The notes beneath the pieces were generated by a model. The model did no database searches and was not told where the DNA came from. It saw nothing but the letters and a program-made list of their open reading frames with translations. A program made the position numbers and the translations under genes. This document shows positions 1 through 14,391 of a stretch of 64,000 bases of DNA, one piece after another. The number at the start of each line of letters is the position of its first letter. Position 1 is the stretch's first letter. Source of the DNA: the human T2T-CHM13v2.0 reference genome, Homo sapiens; NCBI RefSeq assembly GCF_009914755.1, contig NC_060927.1, one strand, 5' to 3'.

Positions 1-3000
1 ATGAATTGTACTGCTATAAACATGCATGCAAGTATCTTTTTCATATAATGACTTCTTTTCCTCTGGGTAGATACCCAGTAGTGGGATTGCTGGATCAAAT
101 GGTAATTCTGGTTTTAGTTCTTTAAGGAATCTCTACCACTTCCACAGTGGTTGTACTAGTTTATGTTCATTCCCACCAGCAGTGTAGAAGTGTTTCCTGT
201 TCACTGCATCCACACCAACATCTACTATTTTTTGATTATGGCCATTCTACCAGGCGTAAGCTAGTATCGCATTGTGGTTTTGATTTGCATTTCCCTGATC
301 ATTAGTGATGTTGAGCATTTTTTCATATGTTTGTTGGCCATTTGTATATCTTCTTTTGAGAATTGTCTATTCATGACCTTAGCCCGCTTTTTGATGGGAC
401 TGTTTGTTTTTTACTTGTTGATTTGTTTGAGTTAATTGTAGATTCTGGATATTAGTCCTTTTGTCGTATGTATAGATTGTGAAGATTTGTTTCCACTCTG
501 TGGGTTGCCTGTTTACTCTGCTGACTGTTCCTTTTGCCATGTAAAAGCTCCTTAGTTTAATTAAGTCCCAACAATTTATCCTCATTTTTAAGGCATTTGC
601 TTTTGGGTTCTTGGTCATGAAATCCTTTCTTAAGTCAGTGTCTAGAAGGGTTTTTCCAATGTTGCCTTCTAGAATTTTTATAGTTTCATGTCTTAGATTT
701 AAGTCCTTAATCCATCTTGAGTTAATTTTTATATAAGGTGATAGATGAGGATCCAGTTTCATTCTTCTACATGTGGCTAGCCAATTATTCCAGCACCATT
801 TGTTGAATAGGATGTCCTTTCCCCATTTTAAGTTTTCATTTGCTTTGTGAAAGATCAGTTGGATATAAGTATTTGGGTTTATTTCTGGGTTGTCTATTCT
901 GTTCCATTGGTCTATGTGCCTATTTTTATACCATTACCATGCTGTTTTGGTGACTATGGCCTTACAGTATAGTTTGAAATCAGGTAATGTGATGCCTCCA
1001 GATTTGCTCTTCTTGGTTAGTCTTGCTTTTTTTTTTTTTTTTCCTCCATATGAATTTTAGAATTCTTTTTTTCTAATTCTGTGAAGAATGATATTGGTAT
1101 TTTGATGAGAATTGCATTGAATTTGTAGATTGCTTTTGGCAGTGTGGTCATTTTCACAATATTGACTCTATCCATCCATGAGCATGGGATGTATTTCCAT
1201 TTGTTTGTGTCATCTATGATTTCTTTCAGTAGTGTTTGGTGGTTTTCCTTGTAGAGATCTTTCACCTCCTTGGTTATGTATATTCCTAAGTATTTTATTT
1301 TATTTTTTTGCAGCTATTGTAAAAGGGGTTGAGTTTTTTATTTGATTCTCAGTTCGGTTGCTGTTGGCATATAGAAGGGCTACTGATTTGTGTACATTAA
1401 TTCCGTATCTGGAAACTTTGATGAATTCTTTTATCAGTTCTAGGAGCTTTCTGGAAGAGTCTTTAGGGTTTTCTAGGTAAATGATCATATCATCAGCAAA
1501 CAGTGACAGTTTGACTTCCTCTTTACCGATTTGTATGCTCTTTCTTTCTCTTGTCTGATTGCTCTGGCTAGGACTTCCAGTACTATGTTGAAGAGGAGTG
1601 GTGACAGTGGGCATCCTTGTCTTGTTCCAGTTCTGAGAGGGAATGCTTTCAACTTTTCCCCATTTAGTATTATATTGGCTGTGGGTTTGTCATAGATGGC
1701 TTTTATTATATTGAGATATGTTCTTTCAATGTGAGTTTTGCTGAGAGTTTTAATCATAAAGGGATGCTGGGTTTTGTCAAATGCTTTATCTGCATCTATT
1801 GAGATGATCATGTGATTTTTGTTTTTAATTCTGTTTATGTGGTGTATCACATTTATTCACTTGCATATTTAAACCATCCCTGCATCCTGTGTAATGAAAC
1901 CCACTTGATCATACTGAATTATCTTTTTGTATGTTGTTGGATTTGGTTAGCTAGTATTTTGTTAGGGATTTTAGCAACTATGTTCATCAGGGATATTGGT
2001 CTGTAGTTTTCTTTTTTGATTATGTCCTTTCCTGGTTTGGGTATTAGGGTGATACTGGCTTCATAGAATGATTTAGGGAGGGTTCCCTCTTTCTCCATGT
2101 TGTGGAATAGTGCCAATAGGATTGGTACCAATTCTTCTTTGACTGTCTGGTAGCATTCTGCTGTGAATCCATTTGGTCCTGAACTTTTTGTTATAGGTAA
2201 TTTTTTAATTACCATACAACCTCGCTGATTGTTATTGGTCTGTTCAGGGTATCTAATTCTTCCTGATTTAAGCTAGGAGGGTTGTAGCTTTCCAGGAATT
2301 TATTCATCTCTTCTAGATTTTCTAGTTTATGAGTGTAAAGGTATTCATCGTAGCCTTGAATGATCTTTTGTATTTCTGTGGTATCAGTTGTAATATCTCC
2401 TGTTTCATTTCTTATTGAGCTTATTTGGATTTTCTCTCTTTTCTTGGTTAATCTTGCTAATGGTCTGTCAGTTGTATTTATCTTTTCAAAGAACCAGCTT
2501 TTTGTTTTATTCATCTTTTGTATTTTTTTTTCACTTTCATTTAGTTATTCTCTAATCTTGGTTATTTCCTTTCTTCTGCTGGGTTTGGGTTTTGTTTGTT
2601 CTTGTTTCTCTAGTTCCTTGAGGTGTGATCTTAGATTGTTTGTGCTCTCTCAGGCTTTTTGATAATGTAGGCCTTTTGGGCTATGAACTTTCCTCTTAGC
2701 ACTGCCTTTGCTGTATCCCAGAGGTATTTGATAGGTTGTGTTGCTTATTGCCATTCAGTTCAAAGAATTTTTTAATTTCCATCTTGATTTCATTTTTGAC
2801 CCAGTGATCATTCATGAGCAGGTTATTTAATTTCCATGTATTTACATGGTTTTGAAGGTTCCTTTTGGAATTGATTTCCAGTTTTATTCCACTGTGGTCT
2901 GAGAGAGTGCTTGATGTTATGCCAATTTTCTTAAATTTGTTGAGTTTCATTCTGTGGCCTATCATATGGTCTATCTTGCAGAAAGTTCCATTTGCTGTTG

Positions 3001-3584
3001 AATAGAATGTATATTCTGTGGTTGTTGGATGGAATGTTCTGTATATATCTGGTAACTCCATTTGTTCCTGGGCACAGTTTAAATTCATTGTTTGTTTGTT
3101 GACTTTTCTGTCTTGATAACTTGTCTAGTGCTGTCAGTGGAATATTAAAGTCCCCCACTATTATTGTGTTGCTGTCTATCTCATTTCTTAGGTCTATTAG
3201 TAATTGTTTTATACATTTGGGGACTCCAGTGTTAGGCATATATATATTTAGGATTGTGATATTTTCCTGTTGGACAAGGCCTTTTATCATTATATAATGT
3301 CCCTCTTTATTATTTTTTTTTTTACTGCTATTGCTTTAAAGCTTGTTTTGTCTGATATAAAAATAGCTACTCCTGCTCACTTTTGGTGTCCATTTGCCTG
3401 AAATATCTTTTCCACCCCTTTACCTTAAGTTTGTGTGAGTCCTTATGTTTTAGGTGAGTCTCTCGAATGCAGCAGATGGTTGGTGATTTCTTATCCATTT
3501 TGCAATTCTGTGTATTATAATTGTAGCATTTAGGCCATTTACATTCAATGTTAGAATTGACATTTGAGGTGCCATTCAATTCAT
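1..3584 (-). pseudogene. L1 ORF2p remnant (APE endonuclease + reverse transcriptase), many frameshifts and stops
   Basis: ATG at 3584 reads MN*MAPQMSILTLNVNGLNA. Endonuclease motifs [15 protein letters not shown] and [11 protein letters not shown] are present, as are RT motifs [21 protein letters not shown] and [13 protein letters not shown]. The frame is split over at least 8 ORFs. Confidence 0.95.
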
Positions 3585-3665
3585 CCTACTATTTGTTGCC
3601 TGTATACCTTGGTTTTTTGTTTTTGTTTTTTAAATTGTATTTTTGTTTTATACATCCTGTGACAT

Positions 3666-4684
3666 TTATGCTTCAAAGAGGTTCTGTTTTGATGTATTTC
3701 CAGGATTTGTTTCAAGATCTGGAGCTCCTTTTAGCGGTTCTTGTAGTGGTGGCTTCGTAGTGGCAGTTTCTCTCAGCATTTGCTTGTCTGAAAAAGACTA
3801 TCTTTTCTTTATATATGAAGCTTAGTTTCACTGGATACAAAATTCTTGATTGATAATTGTTTTGTTTGAGGAGGCTGAAGATAGGACCCCAGTCCCTTCT
3901 AGCTTGTAGGGTTTCTGCTGAGAAATCTGCTGTTAATCTAATAGGTTTTCTTTTACAGGTTACCTGGTGCTTTTGTCCCACAGTTCTTAAGATTCTTTCC
4001 TTTGTCTTAACTTTAGATAACCTGGTGACAGTGTGCTAAGGCGATGATCTTTTTGCGATGAATTTCCAAGGTGTTCTTTATGCTTCTTGTATTTGGATGT
4101 CTAGATCTCTAGCAAGGCCAGGGAAGTTTTCCTCTATTATTCCCCCAAATGTGTTTTCCAAACTTATAGATTTCTCTTCTTTCTCAGTAATACCAAACAT
4201 TTTTAGGTTTGGTCATTTAACATAGTCCCAGAATTCTTGGAGGCTTTATTCATATTTTCTTATTCTTTTTTTCTTTGTCTTTGTTGGACTGGGTTACTTC
4301 GAAGACTTTGTCTTCAAACTCTGAATTTCTTTCTTCCATTTGTTTAATTCTATTGCTGAGACTTTCCAGAGCATTTTGCATTTCTATAAGTGTGTCCATT
4401 GTTTCCTGAAATTTTGATTGTTTTTTATTTATGCTATCTATTTGCTTGAATAGTTCTCCCTTTACTTGTTGTACCATTTTTTGGATTTTCTTACATTGGG
4501 CTTTGCCTTTCTTTGGTGCCTCTGTGATTAGCTTAATAACTAACCTCCTGAATTCTTTTTCAGGTAAATCAGGGATTTCTTCTTGGTTTGGGTTCATTGC
4601 TGGTGAGCTAGTGTGATTTTTTGGAGGTGCTAGATAACATTGTTTTGTCATATTACCAGAGTTGGCTTTCTGGTTCCTTCTCAT
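3666..4684 (-). pseudogene. L1 ORF1p remnant (coiled coil/RRM/CTD), frameshifted
   Basis: ORF 4250..4684 (MRRNQKANSGNMTKQ...LPEKEFRRLVIKLI) and ORF 3712..3981 (KPIRLTADFSAETLQARRDWGPIFSLLKQNNYQSRILYPVKLSF) are ORF1p motifs in different frames. Confidence 0.92.
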
Positions 4685-6119
4685 TTGGGTAGGCTCTGTC
4701 AGAGGGAAGGTCTAGGGCTGCAGGCTGTTGTTCATATTCTTTTGTCCAATGGGATGTTCCCTTGATGTTGTACTCTCCCCATTTTCCTATGGTTGTGGCT
4801 TCCTGAGAGCCGAGCTGTAGTAATTGCTATCTCTATACTGGATCTAGCCACCCAGCAAGTCTACCCAGCTCTGGGCTGGTACTGGAGGTTGTCTGCATAG
4901 AGTCCTGTGATGTGAACTGTCTGTGGGTCTCTCAGCCATGGATACCAGCACCTGTTCTGGTGGAGGTGGCAGGGGGGTGAAATGAACACTGTGAGGGTTC
5001 TTAGCTTTCATGGTTTAATGCACTATTTTTGTGTTGGTTGGCCTCCTGCCGGGAGGTGGCACTTTCCAGAGAACATCAGCTGTGGTACTGTGGGGAGGAG
5101 CAGGCAGTGGGCAGGGCCCTAGAACTCCCAAGAGTATCTGCCCTTTGTCTTCAGTTACCAGGCTGGGTAGGGAAAGACTACTGGATGAGGGCAGGGCTAG
5201 GCATGGCTAAGCTCAGACTCTCCTTGGGTGGGTCTTACTGAGGCTGTTGTGGGAGATGGGGGTGAGGTTCCCAGGTCAATAGAGTTAAGTTCCTAGGAAG
5301 ATTATGACTGTCTCTACTGTGTCATGCAGGTTGTCAGGGAAGTAGGGGAAAGCTGGAAGTCACAGGCCTCACCCAGCTCCCATGCAATCTTGAGGGCCAG
5401 TTCACTCCCACCATGCCACCTCCAACAGCACCAAGTCTGTTTCCAGGCAGTGGGCGAGTAGGGCTGAGAACTTGCCTCAGGCCACCCGCCTCCCAGCTGC
5501 AAAAGCAAATATGGCTTTCCTTCTTCCCCGACCTGTGGAATCTGCACACTGGATTCACGCCCTCCCCCAAGTTCTGGCCAGGAGGCTTCTCAGTCGGTTC
5601 AAATTGTTACAATGTTCACATGGAAATTTCCTTTGTCCTGTGGCCTTTTCTCAGACCCTCTGGCCGTCCTCTTGAAGGACTCCTATGAGGCTAGGCAAAA
5701 CCCACTTGATGGGGAACACAGCAAGCTCCCAGGACTTTTCCTGCTGCTTCCTCTACCCCTGTATTTCTCTCAGCTCTCTAAATGGACTCAGCTCCAGGTA
5801 AGGTCAAAATCTTCTCCAGTAATCTAGGCCTTCAGTTTCCCCAGTGGGGGTGTGTGTTCGGCAATGGATGATTTCCCTTTCCCACTTCCACAGTATGGGT
5901 ACTCACAGTATTTGGGGTGTCTCCTGGGTCCTGCAGTAGCAATAGCCTTCCTTCAGGGGGTCTGTGAGCCTTCTCAGGTTTCCTGATTTATTCCTGCAGT
6001 TGCTCTGGAGCAAACATTCAAGACGTAAGCCTCCACACACTGCTCTGTCCACCCGAGTCGGAGATGCAATTTAGTCCTGCATCCCGTCCGCCATGATCCC
6101 TGAAACCTCAGCACTGCAC

Positions 6120-6540
6120 AATTCTAATTGAAGGGCCAGGAAGCACTTCCAATAGATGGTGATCTCTTAGCTAAGCCTTGCAACATGAGAGGTGATGGGT
6201 GGATGGAGGTAAGAGGGCATGGAGAATGAAGAAAGAACCCTATGAGTGAAAGGCATTCTCTTGAAGTAACCTCATGTGCAAGCAGTGGGCTGGTTCACAG
6301 ACTGTTGGGGTGGAAGAATGTGTAAAAGTGGAGGCGGGGTAAATTGGTGGCTGGGAGGGTGGTACAAAGTAAGTGATCAAAATAGAAAATTAGAAACAGG
6401 ACTCTGGAGGGCTTGGTATGCCATATGAAAAGGTACAGACATTGTTCCATGAGCTAATGTGTTTATGATCAGGATTTTCTAGAAGAAAACTGCAGCTGGA
6501 GAGGCCTCCAGGAGATCAGTGGAGATGAGGACAGTCAGAG
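6120..6540 (-). mobile_element. L2 LINE fragment (highly diverged)
   Basis: Purine-rich stretch resembling antisense L2 (gaagcacttcc...gatggtgatctcttagctaagccttg; ggagggcttggtatgcca). Confidence 0.5.
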
Positions 6541-7599
6541 GGGTAAGCAGGGCTCCAATGCTTTATCCAGCTTCAACATGAGTAACTCCAAACTTATCTG
6601 TGTGGCATATTGAAGTTATATTTTAAGAATGGTTTTAGATCAACATGCTCCAGAATCCATACCTCCATGACCTCTAAGCTCTTGGGATAATTGAGACAGA
6701 CAGTATTTGGTTTGCGGTTTCCTAGAATATATTATAGAACAGATTATACTCCCTGTGCTATGTTGTCACAGGGCTAAATCTGACATGAAGAGAGTTTTTT
6801 ACAAACAGTTTGAAAGTGTTACACTATAACATTATTTTATGTCAATTCCATTTTCCTCTTACCACACTTTTTCAATCACTTGCATCAAAATAAAGGGAGA
6901 GATATTACTTAGGTGGTGGACAGAATCTTATGAGAGTATGGTAGTGGGAATATTCTGCTGATTCAGCCACCTTTGCTTTTTGTCCTGAGAGATTTGATAT
7001 TCCAAATATGTTGTTTTCAAACTCCTCATTGTCCCCTGGTAATTTTTAGAAATAACTTAAATATGTGTACCAGAAATATGAATATATGTCCTCATCTTTC
7101 CTTAATTAGTATGGGAGGAAAGGAACAAAGGAAGAAATTGATTATTGTTGTTATCGGCCATTCCAAGCTATTCAGACTTTGGTAGCATGGAAGAAGAGTA
7201 GCAGATTTGACATTTGCTGTCTGATTTTTTATCAAGTCTACTTTAGAATTAGATGCTGAAAGATTATTAATATTTTAATAGTTTCCTGACACCTTCTTTC
7301 CCTTTTCACTTAATATGTGAACACCACATTTTATGACTATGAAAAGCCAAAGAAGGACTTTCAGTAGAGAAGAAACAGGACCAGATTTGTGTTTTAGAAT
7401 CATTGTTCTGGCAGAATTGAGGAAGGTTTCTATGTTTTACAGGAATGATACTAAAGGCACAAAACACATTGCACCAAGATAATGAAAGCCTGAAATGGAA
7501 AAGCCTCTTCAGAAACATTTGCCAAATAAATGAACGAATAGGTGGGCAAATGAAAGCTTGAATTGAGACAATGGGAAAGGAATATATTCAGATGCAAGG

Positions 7600-8050
7600 C
7601 TGCAAGGTATAGCAAAGAGGCAGGCTACGGGGGCACACAGACTAGATAGCGAAAGAAAGACGTGGGAGGGATCAGGGTAACCCCTGGGTTTCTGGCCAGG
7701 GCCACGGGACATTATAATTTTATATATACATTTAAGATAGGTAAATAGAGGAGGAAGGGAAAGAAAGATGATAAATTCTGTTCTTGCTAAGTTGCTTTTG
7801 AGACCTGGGGCCTGGGGTATCCAGGTAGTGGTGTTTAGTAGACTCTGGAGAGAGAATTGAAAGAGCCATCTGGACTGAAAAGAAATATCTAGGACTTACA
7901 ACAATGGAAGGGGTAATTGAAGTCAATTATAGAGAAAGAAATCGCCCAGGGATAATGCATAGTGAGAAGAGGAGAAAAGAATGCCACAGAACACCAATTT
8001 TAAGGAGAAATCAGAGGATGAGGAGTCAACAGAGACTGAGCAGAGGGGCA
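7600..8050 (-). mobile_element. L2 LINE fragment
   Basis: Motifs cccctgggtttctggcc, gatctggactgaaaag-like, gaaatcgcccaggga and agaacaccaattttaagg are typical of antisense L2. Confidence 0.6.
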
Positions 8051-10599
8051 GCATATTCTACTCCACCCTTATCACTGTGTTTACTTGTGTATGCATCTGT
8101 CTTCCTTTTGAGACTATGTCCTTTAAAGGGGAAAGCATTTCGTATTTTATTCCAAAAATCTAAAATAGTAGATGATAAAATAAATTTTTGCTACATAAGT
8201 TAATACGTATCTTTTCAGTATAAGACGTATTTTGATAACTTTATACAAGTTCTTTTCCTCTGTAATTGGTGGATGTACATGTTTATAACTTAGTAAAGTT
8301 ATCCAATTTTGTGCAGCACTGCAGTAATTATAGTTATTACCCTTAAATAATTATGGCCAGAGAAATACTAGCCTAACATGGTTGAATTTTAGGAACATTG
8401 GCTCAAACAGTATGTGCAGATATCTTGAGACACCATGCATGCAATACCAAATAATCTCACAGTTTTTTTTTCTGCTTTTATAAATCACCAGGAAGCCAAG
8501 ACATCTCAGCAACAGCAACCTGACTATAGATGTAAAATACTCCTGCAGAGAATAGGAGAAGTATATGCTTTTCTTCTGTAAAGTTATTTAACATTCTGCA
8601 CCACTCTTATACACTAATTTGCAGTTGAAGTAATAGCATTTCTACATAGGTATTTTGCATTAATGCAAATGTAGATTCTAATATTCAGGAAAATAATTTT
8701 ATACTGTTAATATTATTTCTAGCTATAAGCTATTCTGACTGACACCAGCTGCCTATTGGGGTGATTTCGGGAGCATTCAAAGAGCCCTCTGCCCTCTCAA
8801 ATATAGTTCTCCCCTGTTCTCTGACTCTTCTGATTTTCCTATCCTGTAAGATGTTATTAGATTTAAGGAGTACACTCTAAACACCCATTATAAAGAGGGC
8901 TTAGAAGCTTAATTTTTAAATAACAGGTTATGTGCAAATGTGAAATCTGGAAAATAGAACAATCTTACATTTGAGTACTGTTTGTAGTGAAAATTATTAG
9001 CTCTTATAATTAATCCTTTTTAATTATACAGGAAAATATATTTATTTGATCAATTGTTATAGCCTTTTGCAATTAATTCTCTAGATCACCCAAAGAGCAG
9101 GTTCTGACCATTGACTTGCAAGTTCTTTGAGGGTAGAAACTGCATCTTGATCGCCTTTATTTCCTGTCCTTGTCACTGTCAGTTAAAAGGGACTTGCATA
9201 GAGAGGAGAAAGAGGGAGGTAGATACACATATCACTGCCCTGAAGGGTATGATCTAGAGTAGGAAATGGGTAAAGACAAAGGAAGGAAGGAGAATCCAAA
9301 ACTAATGAACTGTAAAAATATTTGATTGTATGAAACAAGATGATGATGGAAAAAAATAGAATAGGAAGGTTTCCTCCCTTTGAGAGACTGTTTCCAAGAT
9401 TCTTCACCAGGAAGGAGGCTTTGTCATAGCCATGATGTTTGCTCCACAAGACATAGAGAGCAGCAGACAAAGAAGGTGGAAGCTCCAGGGAACCCTATAA
9501 CTGATGTGTGCTGTTTTGAGAACAAAATACCTTCTCTTTGGAGTTCTGGCTTTAGAGGAAATTGATAGAACTAAAAGTACATTTGACATGTTCATTACTC
9601 AGGGAAATTAATCTATTATGGCAATTAGTGCACTCTTTTTGCACACTGAGGTCTAAATACCAACTGAAAGAAGTTATAAAGATGTGATGTTAATGAGTGT
9701 TGTGAGGTTGTCTTTTCTCAAAGAAAACTGAGTACATGAATTTAATAAAAATATTCAGCTCCCTCAAAAGTAGAAAGAATGTCTGAACAAGACCAGGCTT
9801 TTATCCCATCGAAAAAGGATCACATACAACCAAGTTTCACTAAACCTTTTAAAATGGCTATCATTTTTAATGCAGCAGACGTGGATAGCAGAACAGTATA
9901 CTTTTGAAATGAGGATTAAGTCATCTCAATAAATTGTAAACCAAATATATAAAGTAATGTTTCAAATACATAAATTAGAATTTCATTATATAAAGTAGCA
10001 TTTTATTTACAGAAAAATTTTAAAAACATTAAAATGTAAATGTGATCTTACATGTCAAGGTATATAAACTGTAAAGTAATACACATTGCAATATTTATCT
10101 TCCTAAAGTTTTACATACCATGTACCTACAGTGGGTCACCAGTCGGTGGCAATACATTTCTTTACTATGTCCAGAAATGAGTTGAGGGGGTAGATGATAA
10201 CATTACATATAAATATACATTACATATATACATGTATGCAATGGAGATAAAAAAGACTTTACTAATTCAACTTTTTATAGGCAAAATATTAGAATAGAGT
10301 TATGTAAATTATACATTTACATATTGTAAGCAAATAGCAAATAGAGCATTCTCTCCTAGCATAAGGTTATGCTTAAAACATTAACATTTAAATTGCATGA
10401 ATTTTAATAATGTCTCCGAACAATGTGTTTTCTGGCATTTATTCAGAAACTGAGTAATACACACTAAAACTTGTTCTGGTCTAAAGCTTTTTGAGGACTC
10501 TCTTGCCCTGTGTACTGATGGCTTCTGAAGTCCATCTGATAAAGGACCAAATAATATGCTAAAGTCAAACACTGAATATTAGCCCACTGTAATTTCTTA

Positions 10600-11235
10600 A
10601 TTTTTTAAATTGAGTATAATACACATAGAGGAAGGTGCACATATAAATGCAGGGCTTAGTGAATTTTTGCAAATTTAATAAACCCATTCACAGATCAAAT
10701 TGTACACAGATCAAATTGTACACAGATCAAACAATAGAAAATCACCAGCACCATAAAAATCCCATTCTTGCCTCCAGTCACTATGTCCCAACTCCAAAGG
10801 GTAACCCCTATCCTGACTTCTAACGACATGGTTTAGCTTTTCTTGGTTTTGCTTTTCCTTTTTATATATCTTATAGAACTAGAATTCCACAATGTATGTA
10901 TTCTTTTGTGTTTGTTTTTTTTTTACTTAACATGATGGGAGTGAGAGTCATCCATAATATTACATTTAATTGTAGGCCATTCATCCTTATTGTTAAATTC
11001 TTTTGTGTGAACATATCATACTTTATCTGTCAACTATTGATGATCTTTTGTGTAATTTCCAGTTTGAAGCTGTTTTGAATAGTGCTGCTATGAACATTCT
11101 AGGACACATCTTTTGGTGAATATGAGTATGCATTTGTTTGTTCTATACCTCAGAGTGAAATTGCTGGGTCATAGGATATACCTTCAGCTTTAGTATAACA
11201 AATACTGCCAAACCGCTTTCCAAAGTGGTTGTGCT
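10600..11235 (-). mobile_element. Old L1 3' end (L1MC/L1ME-type)
   Basis: ggtaacccctatcctgacttctaac...tttccagtttgaagctgttttgaatagtgctgctatgaacattc...gaaattgctgggtcatagg...aaatactgccaaaccgctttccaaagtggttg. Confidence 0.85.
10689..10731 (+). repeat. Tandem repeat, 16-bp unit CACAGATCAAATTGTA x2.7
   Basis: Exact copies at 10689-10704 and 10705-10720, partial copy at 10721-10731. Confidence 0.95.
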
Positions 11236-11244
11236 CCACCCTAA

Positions 11245-11670
<426 letters not shown>

Positions 11671-11889
11671 TAGGCAAATTCTCAATTGTTTCAGACCTAT
11701 TTCTTTGCAACCAATTATTTCAGACCAAACCATAGTCCTACAGAAAAAAGAAATTATGTAATCTAGTTTATGTAGCCCCAAATAAATAATTGTTGCCTCC
11801 TAATTTTGGTGTTGTTTCTTGTCCAAAACAATTGGAATGGGAATCTAGGGAAATGACTGTTGCAGCTGCCACTACTCTTAGTGTATATT

Positions 11890-12065
11890 ACATTTTCTCA
11901 GTACTTTCACAAGAATTTCAGGTATTATTATCCTCATTTGAAGTGTGAGGAAACTGTCTCAGAGGGGTTAAGTGACTGCCCAGAGTAGAATAGCTAGTGA
12001 GGGGTGGTGCAGGGATCCAAACTACGTCTTTTCTGAGTCCAAAGCCTGGCATCTTTCACTCTGCT
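11890..12065 (-). mobile_element. MIR SINE
   Basis: Core attatcctcatttg...gaggaaactg...cagaggggttaagtgactgccca...ctgagtccaaagcc. Confidence 0.85.
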
Positions 12066-13069
12066 GAGCACCTCACACAGCACCGTGCCACCTAGTGACT
12101 TTTTCATGCTGTGTGGCTTAACTGGTCTCTCTGATACCTAGAGGGAGCTCACTGTGATTCAGTTTAGCCATGTTAATTTAGTGTCGTTGGTTTCTGATTG
12201 TTTTCCATTGACTTTCATAATGAAAACATTCAGTATAAAATATAATTTGAAATGTTACACAATCTTCTCTCCATATCAATTCATGCATAGGGATATGGTA
12301 CTGTAGATGAAGACACAGAAACAGTGCTGTTCGATTTATTCTTTGTGTGTTTTGTAATGGTCATAATTTTGATTTAAATATTACAAGTACAAATGCTAAT
12401 TCTGTGTCTTTGACACCTCTTCCTCTACTTTGAAGATATGAGCAAAGGCAGCTGCTATTCGTGACCATGCACTGAAGCTGCATATTGGTTGACAACTGGA
12501 GACATTAGTCACAAAAACCTTTCAGATTGCCATTCTATTTCTTCCCTCATAGTTTCAGCATTTTAATCAGAATGTACCATTTTACTCATACTGGCCATAT
12601 TCCAAGTGGCCTGTATGTTTTAAATGTTTCTACTGTACATTGGTTCCACTTCATCTCATCATACAGCTACTGTCCAAATGTCCATTGTCTGCACACATCA
12701 AACCTAGTGGAGTTTGTTGAAGCAAATAACATGAGTAGTCTCCAATGTCAATACTCTGGCTTCATTCCATGACCTCTCAGTTGGTGATCCTCTCTTGCTA
12801 TTTAGTGCTAATTATGTCTTTAAATGATGTTGGTGAGTTGTTCAAAGAATTAGATGTGATTAATATGAAAGGTTCAAATCTCTCATGGACGTAGAGTACA
12901 TCACACAGTATCTTCATTCTACATACCTTTACTTTGGTCTGAAATAGTTGCTTTCACTTTTTCATCTTTATCATAATTAAGAAATTATGCTGAATGGCCA
13001 CATTTGTGCCAAGAATGAATTGAATTAATTCACTGTGCTGTCAACCCCCCTAAAGAACAAATCTTTGCC

Positions 13070-13420
13070 CTTGAAAAGGTATCTATTGAGCACCATAGTG
13101 TTCTGTCCTTGGCCCTATGCAAGTCACTATTGTCAGCAATGTTTAGATAAAAGGATTGCTTATTAAATTTTCATGATACTGGGAAGTGTAGTAAATTTTA
13201 GTGTTTCAGAATTAAGACTTAAAATTATTCCAGGAGACTAGAATACTTCACCAAAGCACATGGAATCATATTTAAAACAGAATCAAGGAGAGTAATGAAT
13301 TTAAACATAAAGGATTAATTTTACCTGTAGAAGATATGAACAACTGCCCTGAAAGAAATTCCTATAAAACTTTGGAGGATTTAGTTTTCTTGGTGTTAAG
13401 TATCAGTTAACAATATGATA
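13070..13420 (+). mobile_element. L3/CR1 LINE fragment (RT region)
   Basis: ttctgtccttggccct...tgcttattaaattttcatgat...ctgggaag...cagaattaagactt...ggatttagtt...aacaatatgat follows the L3 RT consensus (QGSVLGP...LIKFADD region) as I recall it. Confidence 0.7.
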
Positions 13421-14391
13421 CAAGTATAATTCCTCTGAATTTTATTTACTGTTATCAAGATTTACCATGTATCTGGTATTATAATAGGCAATTTTGCATG
13501 TCATCTGCAGAAGATAAATAAAAACATTTCGGGTGGTAAATCCTTAAACTTTGTTTAAAACTCTGAGCATAACACAGACGCAATTAATTGAAGGTTTTTT
13601 TTATTTAGAGAGGTAAATAAATGTATCCTAGGGACATTTCTTTCTGAGCATCTAAATTAATATAAGAATAAAATAAAGAAATATGTGTTCTTAATATTTT
13701 CATTGACTACACCCTCTTAAATTTAATTTGTTGCAGCCATACTTTTAGCAGCCTTAATTTACGTTAGCATTTTCTGACATCTAATTTGCCAATGGTTTAT
13801 ATTATTGAAGAAATATTCCTATTTTATACTTAATTACTAGGTTGCTACAGGTACGTTCAGGGTAAGTCTTTCCTCAAAAAAGTTTTTTTTGTTGCTGCTG
13901 TTGTTTTTTTTTAATACACAAGCTGTTTGCCAACTGTGTGATCAAAACTCCAGGGTTATATGCTGAAAAGAATAAAAGAGATGATTCTAACCAAGAAATG
14001 TTGTTAATGGTTATTTCTCATTGGCTCCTTCATCTTTAAAAGAAGCATCATAACTTAAAGTGAAGTATAACTGCTCCTGATGAATGTGAGCATGAGATTG
14101 CATCAAAATATACTCCCTAAGATAGGTATAAATAAATTTTCCATGGCAAACTGAAGAGACTCATTCAAATGTAGCTGAGACTACTCTCAATGAGGAAAAT
14201 TGTAGAAGTGATTTTAATCCTGGGTCTCAGATTATACATGGTGAGTCTCAGGGAGGCTTAAATTCATGGATGTTTCTGTGCCATTTCTGAACATGATTAA
14301 AGGTTAGTTACTTAAGTGCCGCATAACAATATTAGTACTGTTCTGATCTCCATTCACATGTATGAATCCATCAAAACACAAAATGAGTCTT

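Larger units (their letters stand above)
1..6100 (-). mobile_element. LINE-1, L1PB-type (L1PBa-like 5' UTR), 5' end intact, degenerate; 3' end lies beyond the window start
   Basis: The minus strand begins GGGATCATGGCGGACGGGATGCAGGACTAAATTGC near 6100, matching L1PB-type 5' ends as I recall them. A ~1.4 kb 5' UTR is followed by colinear ORF1 and ORF2 peptide fragments in the ORF track. Confidence 0.93.

Noticed and set aside
379-4684. Series of minus-strand ORFs with RT, endonuclease and coiled-coil motifs, as a novel RT system or gene cluster
   Set aside because: They are colinear frameshifted pieces of one LINE-1 (ORF1p/ORF2p), with a stop at ORF2 codon 3. Not coding-competent and not novel.
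5029-5827. Overlapping ORFs on both strands in GC-richer DNA
   Set aside because: They lie within the L1PB 5' UTR, where higher GC lengthens chance ORFs. I see no resemblance to L1PA ORF0.
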